A model generated the notes under the pieces. That model saw nothing but the letters and a program-made list of their open reading frames with translations. It had not been told where the DNA came from and ran no database searches. Positions 26,401 through 40,800 of a stretch of 64,000 nt of DNA are shown here, in pieces. Each line of letters opens with the position of its first letter. The first letter of the stretch is position 1. Made by a program: the position numbers and the translations under genes. Source of the DNA: Strigamia acuminata (taxonomy: Eukaryota); the NCBI GenBank assembly GCA_949358305.1, contig OX442314.1, positions 16,554,001-16,618,000 on the forward strand. The letters run 5' to 3'.

Positions 26401-29400
26401 AAGTTGACGTCTGACATTGTGGTACACAAACGCGGAGGATGTGTCTCGTCTTGAAAAGAAATTCGCCATTTCACGTCTGCACGTTTGAATATTGCTTTCT
26501 TCACGAGTTAAGATAGCAAATTGTGCAGTTGCTAAGCGCTTATCGTCATCAAGCAACAACATTTCTAATGCATTTTAATATCAATTTTCTAAATCCGATA
26601 ATTGGGTTTTTGGAAAAAAATCCTATTGATTTACAAGAAAAAATTCTTTTTTTTTTATACTTTTAGCTGAAAGGATTTTTTTTCTTCCTTTCTTATCCTT
26701 TTTAACTGCTGGTCAAACTGACAGAAACTGCAATTCACTTAACTGCATTTGAGATGATGATAAATGGCCAATGATGATAGCTATATACACAATGTCCATT
26801 CGCTTTTCAGCAGAAATTGCCCTCATTTGTGACCATATCCAATTCATGGCCTCAGTATCGACTTTGTAGATATTTTAGAGAAAGCCAATACTTGGGCAAA
26901 GCCATGAATCCTTTGAAAAAACGGAAAAATTGAAGAAAAAGAAGAAATACAAGAAAGAAAAACGGGTATTTTATATGAGCCAATTATGAAATAAGTCTAT
27001 TGCAAGAGTAGACGGATTGAGAAATGTGATCCCCAAATGTAGTTTTTGACCATCACGCCAGGAATAAGTGGTTATTACTAAGATTTGATGCTCTCGACGT
27101 GTGACCAGAAAAAGGGAACCGAAGTCATTCTCAGTTACACAGGGTTGTGATATTTATTTCATACTTTTTTTTTTCTTTTTTGTTTTTTAACCCATCAATC
27201 AAACATAAATGTTTGAATGAAAAATAATGTCAATTTTCTAGTTGCTGCGAAGTCGTTGCAAAACCTGCGACCTCACAGTTGAGCCCAAGACTTGTAAACA
27301 GTTCACTGATCATGTTAGCTTTTTTTATTTTCTTTTTTTCTTCTTCTGCCGACACGAACATGACTTTGCACATTTATTTAGTAAAGTCACGAGTATCAGC
27401 TTCGTGCAAACTTTGCAGCTGGGATTTTGTAGTTAGTAATTAGTGAGATAGAAAAAAGAATTACGTATAGATTAACAGGATTTTGGTTGTGTTGTTTCGG
27501 ATAATCAGTATCGGTGGTTACATGTTTGTTCCATCGTACGAATGCAGAATCAATTTCAAGTGGATCAATAGTGAGCCAAGAATCCTTGTTATTTAATGGG
27601 CCTTCCTTTATCTCAACGTTTTGATCTCCAATACATGAAAAGTTTATTTTTTGACGGATTCATTTTCACTGCATTAATTATTTGTTTGGGAAAATATATC
27701 TTTTGGTTCATCAATAGTGCATCTAACATTTCCATATTTTGGTGTGTTATTGGGTCATTGAACTCGTCGGAGAGGCAACCCCGAAAAAGTGTATTATAAA
27801 GTCAGCGGCCAATCAGGAAATAGATATTGTTAGATACGCGACCAAGATATGGATCTTTTGTAGCGAGTAAAGTAAATTGAGCAAAGGAGATTTTCTTCCA
27901 TAACTCAATTTGAGTCATATTCTTCTTGAATAAGAAAAAAAAAAGTAGGGCAGAAAAAAAATTTGGTTTTTAAATGTAGCTGCTGTCTTTTATGGTTACT
28001 CTATTCTACTCGTCTTGGATTGAATAGAAGGGAAAATTAAATTTTTTTTTTTCGTTTTTATTTTTATTTTTATATTTTTTAAAATATTTTTCCTAAATTG
28101 AATCTGGGAATTAAAAGAGTATTATTTTTTTCCAAACTTGTATTTTTGTCTTGGGAGCTTAGTTTATTATTATTATTAGAGTTAATTAGTCGAGATGTAA
28201 ACCAAGATGGGTAAATTTTTTTCTTTTACGATCTTGGGGTTCTTTTTTATGAGTTTCTTTCTGATTGATTAATTACTCAGTCAAGACTGATAGAGTTCCA
28301 CAAGGAAGAATTAAAAAAAACAGAATTTTTATGAATTCAGCACTCCGTATTTGACATTTAGAAAGAAAAGGTTTTTTTTTAAAAAATTTAATAGGATGAG
28401 AAATCGGGTCGCCATCTTGATTTAGTGATGTTTCTGTTTACGAGGTTGCAGGTCCCTCGATCATTTCCAGGAATGTTTCTACAATTCCTTACAATTGTAA
28501 TGAACAATTTACAATTCTAATAAATTCTGTGTTAGGCCTAACTAACTACAATTTTCCATTCTTGGATCTCATCATGTGATGTCCGGGTTGGTTTCAAATC
28601 ATTAAGTGTGGTTAAAACAATTGGCTTTGACGTTGCTTTTTGCATGAAGGCATGTCATTGTTTTTTTTAGTTTTTTTTTAAAATGGTTGCAACACTAACA
28701 ATTGAAAAAAAATAATTGGAATCAATCAGCAAAGCAAAGTCACTCGGAGCGAGACATGAAAATAAGAGATTTTGTTCAATTATTCTTAAAAGCCTGTTGC
28801 TTTAAGTTTACCTGAAAGTGACAGAGCTGACAAGATTTCTGGCTTTTGTTCTAGCGGGGAAATGAAGCTACAATTGGATAAGGTATTTGGTTAGAATCTG
28901 TGGCTGTGGCCAACTATGGAAGCCAACTTGGATGTGTGAATTGAAAACCGCAGAATATTTTGTCGACACGTAATAAAAGATTGACTAATGTCGTTTTAAC
29001 ATTTTATTCTGCAAATCTTTCTGTGTTTAAGTGCAGATGTGTTAATTTATTTAAAACTGGTCGTTAATAAAAAAAAAAAAAAGGAAAAATAAAGATTTGA
29101 GCCTGAATAATAATTTTAAACTAATGCGCTTTAGCTAATGCTCGCTGTTAAGCTTTTAACATCCTGCAATTCCTACACTAATCTGAAATGTATGCAACAA
29201 TTATTTCCAGTTAAACCACTCAAATCCAGTGTTCGTTTTGGTTCTGTAGTAAATAATGTGGGAGGATCGAAAACTTGACGGTCTAAATACGGGTGTGATC
29301 AACGTGAGCCTCGCAGAATGGTATTTTAGTGAATGACACTTGACATCAGAGGTCAGTGACAAGAATGAAAAGAGAAAGAAGAAAAAACTTGTTAAGCTTC

Positions 29401-32400
29401 TTTGTGACGTCTGTGTTGGGAGTGAGGGAAAAAAATGAGGTGATTACAAAAAGAATTGTCAAAAGAGCAGATCGAAAAAAAAAATGATAAAAATAAAAAA
29501 GATATAGAAGTAGAAGAAAAAAGAAAAAAAGAAAAAAAAAATTCGAAACATTCTTTGCTTTAGTGTTGGGAATTAACCATTTCGAAAAGTAACCAAGTGG
29601 TAACAAGAAATGCCTCTTCTGCGTTTGAGTTATAGCCTATAAAATTGCTATACGAGAAACAAGGAAATTGTAGAATGAATGGTGTGTTATGAACATTTGT
29701 AATAAATCATCATTTTAGGGCAATGGTCTAACTCTTAACCTTATCTAAAGTTTGAAAAAGTGTAGAAACAAAAATTCAATCCGGCAAAAGCTAAAAGCGC
29801 GCCACAGAGTGGCAACTTATGCTCACATATGATTTAATGAATCCCTACTGCGGTCGCACTTGTCATGGATAAATTTTCCTTAACGCTTTCCTTGCGATTA
29901 AATGCAGCCATAATTTGGGCGAATAGTGAGGGAAATGTTGAACAGTACCTGAGATACATAATGCAGACGACACCATGAAGAAGTACATTGACTAGATGGT
30001 AGCCCATCGGCTCGAGTTCATGAACAGCATAATTCCAACGAAATGTAAGGACACACAATGGACGGTATGATTTGTGGCTTTGCTCCTGTAAAATTGAAAA
30101 AGGAAGAGAAAAAATTAAATGTCAGAGAGATGTATGTAAGACAACAAATTACAGCTGTGCAGTGCTACCAGTAAAATCTTGACGGTCATACAATTTGGTA
30201 AGTGTTTGCCTAATGTAGCGAGAGGTCAATTGCGCGGTTTAAATAGCCGACAAAACAACGTAAATAAATTTATCTGGCTGCAACATAAATTGCGAACATT
30301 TTTCTGGTTCAACTCGATCATAAAAAATTCAATTTTTGTTTTGAGAGGGGAATGTCGGGGTCTAAGCTACTTACAGTTGGCAAACTTTTTTTTTTTTTTT
30401 TTTTTCTAAAAAAAAAAAATATAAATAATGTATTATTATACGGTCGAGGTACTTTTACAAACTTAATTTTCCATGTTTGATGCAATTACTGAGTTTTTTC
30501 CTGCGATCAAGTAAAGGTAAATCGAATAAGTTTAATTTGTATATTTTTATCAAAATTGAAAAAATACTTTATTCAGTTGTTTTTTTATCTTTTTATTTAT
30601 TTTATTTTTTCTTTAAAAAAAATATATATTTTTTTACTTCTTCACCTTTTTGCTTTCAATCAGACTTAAAAATTTGCAACAGCAGCAGGCGCCGCCTGAC
30701 GTCGGTAAAGCAATTACTCTCTCATAGGCCTGCAATCAGATGGGCAGCAGGTGTTGGCTGTTGCTGTAAAAGTAAATTACGAGGCAACAAAGTTCTCTAG
30801 ACAACAAAAAAATTACTGTAGAGGCAAAGCCAAAAAACCATTTTCACACGGTTTCTTGGACTCAAACGGTATTACATTAATAAATGCTACCATTGAGCTC
30901 ACGCGTTTTGGATTTTACCACTGAGCAATCTTAAAGCGATAAATTATCAATAAATTGAACGTGGAGACTTGAAAATGGGAGATTTTTTTTTTTCCACATC
31001 GCATCGTTAACTATTTTTTCTCTTTTACGTTTTTCTTTTTCTCATTTTCGGTTTTGTGCAAACACGAGTTGAATCATTACGAGAAGGAAAAAAAAAATTG
31101 GCTTGTTACCATACAACGGTTCGTGTATTGTTTGCATTTTATTTATTTTTGCTTGACTTTTGTGTTGGAGAAGCCAAATGAGATGCGTGACGTCATCGAC
31201 CTGCAACATGTTTCCATAGCAACATTGCAATAGCTATTCTTCCACCCACAACACGCCCCTTATTAGGATTGGGAGATGTTATGAGAATAAACAAACATTT
31301 ATCATAAGCAATATTATTTGAACGGCTCTGCAAATAACTGTCGTATCACGAATGCCTTTCCCACTCTTTCAACAATGTGCTATAATTACTCAGCCACTTA
31401 AATCCAATTACTTCGAATATTATTTTATCAACAGTCAAGAAATTATCCATTGGATTTGCTGCTAGGAACGGGAAAAAGTCATTTCCAAGCCATTCGCATC
31501 GAGGTTATTTTTTAATAATTTAAGTGCATGCCAAAACCTAATAATAATCCGCCTTTTTTTAAAAAAAAATAAAGAGAGAAAAAATATGTTTATTTAAGTT
31601 TCCATGGTTACATGAAGATTGACTGATTATAAAATTTACATACAAGTGGAGAAAAACCTTTGGCTCATGAAGTACATGACCTGACTTCTAAAAGTTTGTG
31701 GTGTAAAAGAAAAGAAAGGGAAAAAAAGAGTTTCTTAACGTTATATATTCTTTAAGGAGGGGAAATACGTTGCATAAAATCATAAATTTAGATTTTTTTT
31801 TAAAAAAAAATACTTAGTCAGCAGGCTGTTTGGAGGCTTACGGTGAAAGTAATCTAATGTTGGCTAGAGAATCTCTTTATCATCTGAAAATTCGATTTAG
31901 CGTTGACTGCTAAATATTGCATGACACTTTGTGTATTAAGAATAAAAATTGTTGTGAAAACAATGAAGAATTTTGAAGGATTTTGTTTATTTTTGCCACT
32001 AGAGATTTCCTTCGGCTGCATTGATAGAAATAAAGCGGAAAAACAAGTTTGCAAATTTTGAGGCAAAATTTAAGTGGTTGGATTGTTATGATACTTCTAT
32101 TTTCATGAGACGGTATAGATTTTTTTAGCTTTAAAATAAAAATAATAGAAAACCCAAACATCTAAACATAATTTAATCTAAGTATGAAACGTCCCAAGGT
32201 GCCTATGCGTCAATGGCAAAAACAAAACTTGCACTGTTTACATGCAAAATTTTAGTTTTTATATAAAAAATGCACTTTTTATTAACAAATGCACTTTTTA
32301 CACGCAGAATTGCATATTTAACCTGCAAAATTGCACCTTTTAGATGGAAAATTTCACTTTTTACATGCAAAATGCACTTTTTAGTCAATATGCGCCTTAA

Positions 32401-35400
32401 CGAGCAGCCGCACGCAAGGCACCGGTGTATAAATGGAAGAAAATACAACGCTCTTACAGTTTGAGAAATACAATTACCGGTACTTCATTCGAAAATTGGA
32501 AAATTTCAATATGTTTGAAATATTTTTTTGGCCAATTTTGATAAAATGAATATAAATGGTTACCACCAGAGATGTCGAATTTAAAAATCCTTGTGGAAAC
32601 CGATTGAAAAACATTGGGACCACGGATATTGTACTGCGGTTGAATATATCCGTAACTTATCTCATAACTTAATTTACGAATTGGAACCGTTCCAAACAGC
32701 CTAAAAATTGATCTTTATCGTTAAGAACTTCGTATAATGGAGATGAATATCATGGATAACGGAAAATTCAGACAAACCAATAAAAGCACTAGTCACAATC
32801 AGGAGAGGTTCGGCTTTTAAATGTATGGCGAGGGCATGTAATTAACGGCGTGTCAATTGTAACTATTGGAACCCAATGCCACGCCCGTGCCTTAGGTCAT
32901 CTGTTTACCTAAAAACATATGACTGCCGTCATTTGGCACAGTCCATTAACCGAAGGAGCGTCGAATCCAGTATAATTTTATTAACAACTCATAAACTGTC
33001 AAAGTCAAAGAAGATTGATTTCAACACTCAAACAAAATTCAACATAATATCAGATAAGATGAAAATATCTAAAATGTGAATAGTGTTTGGGAAGCCACAG
33101 AACTAGTTCCCATTAGCCGTAGTTGACTGCATATGTGTAGGTAAAAAGTGGTTGAATTATACAACATACTGTATGCAAATAAATGTTGTCAACTTGTGGC
33201 TTGTCTAATTTTTAAAATAATTCAATAGTACCTTTAAGAAAAAAAACTAGGGGGATGACCACTATAAAAGCTACTAGAAGAGTTAATCCCCAGTCTGATT
33301 TTTACTAGTCACCACGCGGTCGCCAAAAACTTTTAGGCCCACGTTTCGCGAGTTTTTTTTTATCATTTTTAATCAGTCCAACCGGACATACGGACGAAGG
33401 CTCGGATGTACCCTTGATTGGTCGACTGCTGAGATTTTCTAAATTTTTTATAAGAAACCTATCTTTTCATTTTCGGAAGAATTTTGTTCAGTTGTTTTAG
33501 GAGGCTACGAACAGCCATAAGTTAACAACATTTATTTGCCTTGCATAAGTTTAATTTTACTCGATAATTACTAGCAAAAATTTGTAATTTATCGATATCG
33601 AAAAGACGTAATAAAGATTAATCAAGGCATTAATGTCCTGTTTCTGTTGAGCAAACAGATATATATGGTGCCTAACACTCTAAGGATGGATGAGAAACAG
33701 GACTGCAAAGCCTAATGGCTTTTCTGCTCATGGACATGCTTTTCCTTTTAGTTGACCGCGGCCATCAACAATGTTATGTTTCACATTACCAGAATATCAT
33801 CCTTCGACTGACCTTGCGTTATGCATCACAATTCCATGTCAGTCGACGAGTGAAACTTCACACGTTATACGATGGCATCGAGGATGTCTTGTAAATTGAA
33901 GATGTGAGCGAGGGATATTATTTGCAGCGGTGGCAGTTTGTTGTTGAAAAGTGGCAATTTCTCCAATTTTTTCTTTTTTATTTCTTTTCTTTTTTATATA
34001 TTTTTTATTTTTTGTCAAAAGACTGTCGGTAATGAAGGTGTGCAATTCCGCTAGTAGTTTTATTAAAATGAAGTTTGTGCTTAGGGATAATAAGCTGTTT
34101 TCATCCATATTTAATTTTGCTCGCAACAAGCTGTGCTGCTTAATTTCAATCTCATCTTGAAGACATGCCCGCGAATAACTGTTGGTAATTATGGATATCT
34201 TAAGAGGTCATCTTTGGCTCGAGAATTTGAGAATTTTAAGTGACCAACATGCAGATGATAATTAGACAGAGCTGCTTAAAATTTTCCATCAGCGCCTAGA
34301 AAAGCATGCCCCAGAAAATTTTGAGGTCAATTGGGATGAACCGAGGGAAATTCGTAAGGGAAAAGAGAAAGGGAAGGAGAAAAAAAACTGATTGCAGCTC
34401 GTCTTACATTGCGAGGTATGTCAATTTTAATTCAGTCTCCTCCAGCAATTCTCAACGCAATTATCAAAGACAAAATTTAATTACGCAAAATGATACACAT
34501 TAGAATTTAAGCTGCTACACATTAAAAACCAAAAATGCGTACCGGAATTACTTAATCTCACGAGAAGAATGCCAAATGAAGGGTATTGTAAAAAATTTAT
34601 CTTCGAGTTCTCTGCCAGAATACAATTAAGCAATTTAAACTTAATAGTTCAGTAAGATGAATAAAGTTGTGACAAAAATTTTAATTATGCCTTTGTGCGT
34701 ACAATTGTTGTTGCTGGTGCGCTTCCATACAAGTTTTGCTGTGATTCGAACTGTTTATAATATTGTCATATGATGATGCTTGTCAAAATTTACGTTAGAA
34801 TTTAAATCTAATTAATGCAAAGCTTTCGGATTGCAGGGCGATAACGATTATGACAAGCTTTGATTTTAGTTTTAAAACGAAATCCCCATTGACTATTGGA
34901 TTAGTGAAAATGACAAAATGAAAACCGACGATGAGTGGAAATAAGAAGAGAAAAAGAAACAATCAGATTTCAAATTAGTAACTGGAAAAGCTGCGTATAC
35001 TTGTAGGAGATCAATATTGGAAGAATGTTTTTGCCATCTATATTAAAAATTTTTCTTTTTTTTAATCTAACTTTATAAAAATTATTATGTTGGTTTAATT
35101 TTTTTTTCCAGTTTTAATTTGGCGATTTTAATTTTAAATGTTTAGTAAGTCAATAATTTTTGTAGTAAATAAATCAGGAAGAATAATTAGCATCAACACA
35201 CGTAAAAGCACATAATTGCAACAAAATAAAGGAAAACACACTTAAATACATTAAATCATTTACATTTTACACCATTTAAATAGAATGTGGAAGAGGAAAA
35301 AATAAGATGAGAGAGAGAGAGAAAAAGTTTGAATTTGAATTTGAATCCACTTCTAAGTATACCGAGTTCGTTGGTAATTACATTTCTCTAGATGTAATGA

Positions 35401-37835
35401 AAACGTGAAATCATGTGAATAAAATTTCTTGAAACCAATTAAATTTTCAATTTAAAAAAAAAAATCTTTTTACGTTTACTTGTAAACGGGGCATATGTTG
35501 CTAGATAAAAATAGAGCTGAGAAAATATTGCTCAAAGTGCTCGAAAGACTCACACTTCACAAAATAATCCTGTAATGGCAGTGGCCATAAAAAAATAGGG
35601 ATGAGGCTGAAATCTGGGCAATTAAGTCTTACGTCTAAATGAACTTGAGACTTTCTTCTTTTCTTTTAAATGTCTGACTGTATTAGGATTGGAAAACTTT
35701 TATTTTTATTTTTATTTTTATTTTTATTTTTATTTTATATATAAATTTTTTTATATATATCTTATTTTCGTATTCAAATGAAATTTTTTTTTTAAACATC
35801 TAAAGAAATAAAAAGTGCAAAGAAATGTTGAAAAGTGAAATACTATGTATGTTGGGGGTGGCGTTTGAAGAGACTTTTCAATTTGCATATTTGCATTTGA
35901 CTGATGAAGCGTTCAACTTTTTTCAAATGGAGTTTAAACTACTCCCTTGAAACTTTCTCAACCTCTTAATGGATTTGAAAGCTATTACAAAAGCAGCTAA
36001 AAGCGTAAAATTCATACAAGGCTTAAAAATTTGCACCACCGTTCTTTTCATGCTTGCTATGTTATCTCGAAACTTTATGTCATAATACACTCAACTAAGA
36101 AGCTTAAAGGTAAAAGTTGGAAGCAAAGGAAAGTTGGAGACAAACCCCCTTGTGATTATCCTGTTGTTCCTGATTATTAGGTATTATTAATTAAAAAATA
36201 GAGCAATTTCCAGCCGTTTCAGTCCCATATTTTCTCTGCTTTATCTGATGATGATTGATGACTGGGGCGGGTGGAAACCTAAATTGCACTATGTGAGAAG
36301 TTTGCAAACTCAAGAGATGGTTTAAGATAAATTTTATATTAAATTAGTAGCATGAAAAGTGATGTTGCGTGATGTTTATCAGAATGTTCAAATGGAATGT
36401 TGTTTTAAGTCGGAAAAATGGGGGCGAGAGAGTTGTGTTTGTGCAGCTAGAGGAAAGAGTTTTTGTTTTTATGTTGCGAATTAGAAAGTTGAGAAGGCAC
36501 GCGAGGGATTTAAATACCAAAAGGCCGGTCATCACATGCATAAACAAAATTTACAGTGCGGAAAAAAAATTGTCTTTTGTTTTATTGCTGGCACGGATTA
36601 TAAAAAGCTTAGAAAATCAAAATTTAGCGTTGCAATAAAGGGAGATAGTTATGTTTTTTTTGTTTCCTTTTTTGGCGGAAAAACACATGCTTTATTAATG
36701 AATTGGTGTGATTTATAATTGGCTCTTCACCAGAACTTGTTTTATGGGACATATAAACGTGATGTTTGTCATGCATGTTGCGTACACAAGAGGGCTATCA
36801 TGGGTCAGTTAAGTTTTGGAAAATGTCCAAAAGCATAAAGTGTGCCAAATTCATTCAAATTTGGAGTATTATCAAAGATAACAAACTTTGGAAGTCGGCA
36901 TTAGCAGCTTTTTCTAAACGAATTTTGTTTGCCAATATATTTCGTCTTTGTTTGTTCCGTTCGTTCTGCGACTTAATTTCTCAATTCTTTCATCAAACTC
37001 GTAATAATAGCTGAAGCACAGAAAGAAATGAGCTTTTTCTTTTGAGTGATTGATGACGATGTGTACTGTCTAAAGCCACGTAATTTGTCTAACTCAAGAA
37101 TCGCGAAAAAAGGTAAATCTTTTGAACCACGTGATAAACCGGAGACTAAACGAATGGAAACAAGGAACTGACATTGCAAATCTGAACGCCAACTGTAAGA
37201 AAAAATAACACCAATCGTGCTTGCTGCTGCAAGGAGGAAGAAGACAGGAAAAAAATGATAATAATGTGTCGGTTTTCTTTTTCAACGCACGAAACAATAA
37301 AAAAAAAAACAATGGAAGCTAATTTATTGTTCTGTGATTAGATTCTTGTGTATGGAGTGCAATTTTGCCAGATTAATTCGAGCGAGATGAGATTGTAATT
37401 CGAAATGTGTCACACTAAACTTGAGTTTGAAAACATGCACAAGTTGGCCAATAAATGATTAATCGTCGAATTAAAGCGATTTTTTTTTCTGCTTTTATTG
37501 ATGCATCAACTTGGTGTTTAAAAACCGAAATGTTTACCTGAGGGGAAGTGTGTCAATTTTTTTTTCTTTTTCTTTCTAAAAAAAGTAATAATAATAATAA
37601 TAAAGGCACAGCCCCTGCAGGTCGTCTTTTTAATAATTCAGACTTGAAACACGAGCAGCAAGAGTTGCACCTTTAAGTTGATGGTAAAAAGCAAACTTGA
37701 GTCAAACATCACTACTTCTATTCAATATACTTTAAGTAACAGCACCATTTTCTCTCCGTTTACCCATTAAGAGTGGGTGGGAATAAAAGCTCAGCCATTA
37801 TCTGATAATAGCACATTAGGAATGCAAGCATTCAA

Positions 37836-37870
<35 letters not shown>

Positions 37871-40800
37871 GTGCCAAATCTTCATGATGGTTCAAACATC
37901 AATATTCTTTATTTTATCAAAACTTTTGTTAAAGATGAGAAATTGAATAATCGACCTCTCATCCAATTCAAAAGTTTTAAAATTTTATATTTACGTTAAA
38001 ACTTCAATTATTAGAAAATTTTAAGAAAAGAAAGAGTCAAACAATAAAGGAATCACACTTGCCAATATTCTCTTTAAAAACCACGCATTAACGCAACTTT
38101 AGAGTTTCTGAAACGGGAATATCTGAACCATGAAGCCGCCAATTATTTTTATATACAAAAACGAAAACCACGGATTTTAAGGAGGTCGGGTCATTTCGTC
38201 GCCGGTCATTTCGTAGTCTTAGTGCCCAAAAGTGCATACAAATGAACATACAAGAAAAAGAATCAAAAATTGACCAACGCTGAAAACCGCACTCATTTCG
38301 TCGCCATTTCCGGCGACGAAATGATCGGCTACGAAACGTAGGCGACGAAATGATCGGAATCCATTTTGAGGTGGTTTTCGTTTTGCTTGTACTTTTCGAA
38401 ATATTACGGTATCGTAACGTGTGTTCAATGAACGTGAACATTTATTGTGATTTGGGGTCCTTATTGCTGCATGGGGTCCATCTCGCTACCCTATAAATAA
38501 ATCAACTCTTGCATATACGGTACAATAAATTTGCACCGCCCCTGCAAATTTCTGAATGGGCTGCCCGGCTCTGCATCAGAGTCGACAAGAAAATAGGGGG
38601 AAGGATAATCGGGGCCCAAACATGTCAGAAAAATATTTTTTGACGCTTAAAATAAAATTATTGAACAGGTTGGTTGCAAGTAACTTAAAATCAACATTAA
38701 TATGTCGCGTGCTTATCAAATATTGAAATAGCAGTATTAAAAATGCAGCATTTGTTACCCTGATGCTGCATATTTAATAACTGCTATTTCATTCTCTTTT
38801 GATTCTACCAATCGACGTTGCTTTTAAATGTAAAACTTTGTAGGAGTAATAAAATATTCTGTATGTTGTATACATGTCAAACACGCAAGGCCAAATGCGA
38901 CAACTTGTTGGCTCCAGAAAGGTGAACTGTTGGGGTTTTTAAAATAAATGAAGTAAAAGGTGTGTGTATTGAGTTAGGTGAAAGAGAGTTAACCGCAAGG
39001 AAGATGTAGGCAGCTCAAAAAAGGTTCTCGACTTTTGAATAATGGCGGAAATTCTTATTCAGCTGCTGACTAGCGAATAGAGGTAAAGCGGTCTTACTAA
39101 CGTCGAATTACAATTGTGAATTTTTTTTTTGGTTTAAGCCATTGACGAAGGGAATGAAAAATAAAAATCAAATTAAGCTGCGTTATAAATCGCCGGTGTT
39201 TAGCATACAACAGCAGTAAACTTGGTTAGATATGTATTTCTGGTGCGCGCATTTTGACTGAATAACTCGGATGAGGATAGAAGAAATTCAATTATAAGAA
39301 TTTAAATTCCATTTTTTTTTCTTTTAAAATCTACCTTCGAAGGAATAAGGGAGATATTTTATGCAGAAGGGCAAAAAGCCAAGGGGAAAAAACACATCAA
39401 ACCACTTCTACTAGTAGTTAAACTACCAACAACACAGTGCTACCATCGCAAACAAATGGCGCATGAGACTTCTCATAAAACCTAGGAGGCTTAATGCTTA
39501 TTGAGCTGTATGAGCATGCACCATTATGCAGAAGGAATTGTTTTTTTTTTTTTCGTTGCTTAAATTTCAGATTTGTTTGCTATTGATGGCTGGGAGTGGT
39601 CTTAATTATTGCTCTGTGGTTTGAGAGACTTGACATATGTTTGTCAATTTTTTTAAATGGAAATGACAATTTAATGCGCATTTCTTGGCACAAACTTTTG
39701 CGGTTTGGTTACATTATATTTAATTTTTTTTAAATTTTTTTTGTAAATTGTTTTATTCGTGAGCACGGTTTAATGATTAAATACTGGATGTGTTAAGGTA
39801 AATGTGTGTTGAAAATTGACTGCATGGCATTTGTAAGGTGGGAAGTACATCATTTGTCAAGCAGGTAGCTGCGAAGATTAATCCTGTCTTCAGGCGTGTC
39901 TAATCCATGGCGCCCGCCCACACAAATCTCGCTAGGAATGCGCCGTCTCGTGCGGATTTCCTGCTGAGTCGTTGTGTGAAAGTGTGATATTATATTCTCG
40001 GGGCGAAAATGGTAAACAAGAGTTACGGTTATAAGCCGCTACGAATGCACTTTTTAATCTCCCTCGGTTGTAAAGAAGAAATAATTGCACGTATAATTGC
40101 GACGCGACAAATTTGTTTGCAATGCAATGAAACGAAACGTGTTGGTGTTTGAACGGTGACAAACTTGCATTTAAATAAGACTGAATGGGTGTCGACAATG
40201 ATGTTACCACTCAACCAAATAACCTATTTTGTATGCTCGGGATGATTCAGCGTTTTAACTCGAACCAAACTGACCAAGAAAAGAACCCATACAGTTTTTG
40301 ATGACTTAGACGTGCTCAGTTGTTCAACGGTTTTTTTTTTTTCCTTTTTTTTTTCCTTTTTTTTTTCGTTTACAATAGGGGAACCAATTTTTTTTTTATT
40401 GCTGCTATTTCTATTTCAACTGTCATTTATTTTATTTTGCAGTGCAGAAAAAAGAATTTAATCTCGAAGAAAAATAAATTTGCAAAGAAAGGGTGAAAAA
40501 AGAGTGAAAGTTTTTGATGTGATTCGACTTATCCTTTATGCAGTCTATCATTCAAACAAGCCCACAAGGGTAAACACGGTGGAATGTGTCGTCTTAAGAT
40601 GGGAGATTTGGAAATAATGTTGCGACCAACTTTGGTTTAACGTAATGAAATTTGTGATGGACGGAAAAAACTATTGGGATTTTGGTTGAACGAAACACGA
40701 ATTTGCTCCGTGCATTTGCAAACTGCGCAAGTACACGGGAGAAAGCGGTTCTGGCCAACATGTCAAATTTATATTCCGAACTGGATGGAAACTCAAGTAA

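Noticed and set aside
27960..28550. Possible solo LTR ending AATAAATTCTGTG...CTACA
   Set aside because: No matching TG start with a target-site duplication could be found.
38733..38745. miR-8/miR-200 seed-like TAATACTG on the minus strand near the hairpin base
   Set aside because: Only the seed matches, the remaining bases do not, and the position in the stem is wrong for a mature miRNA 5' end.
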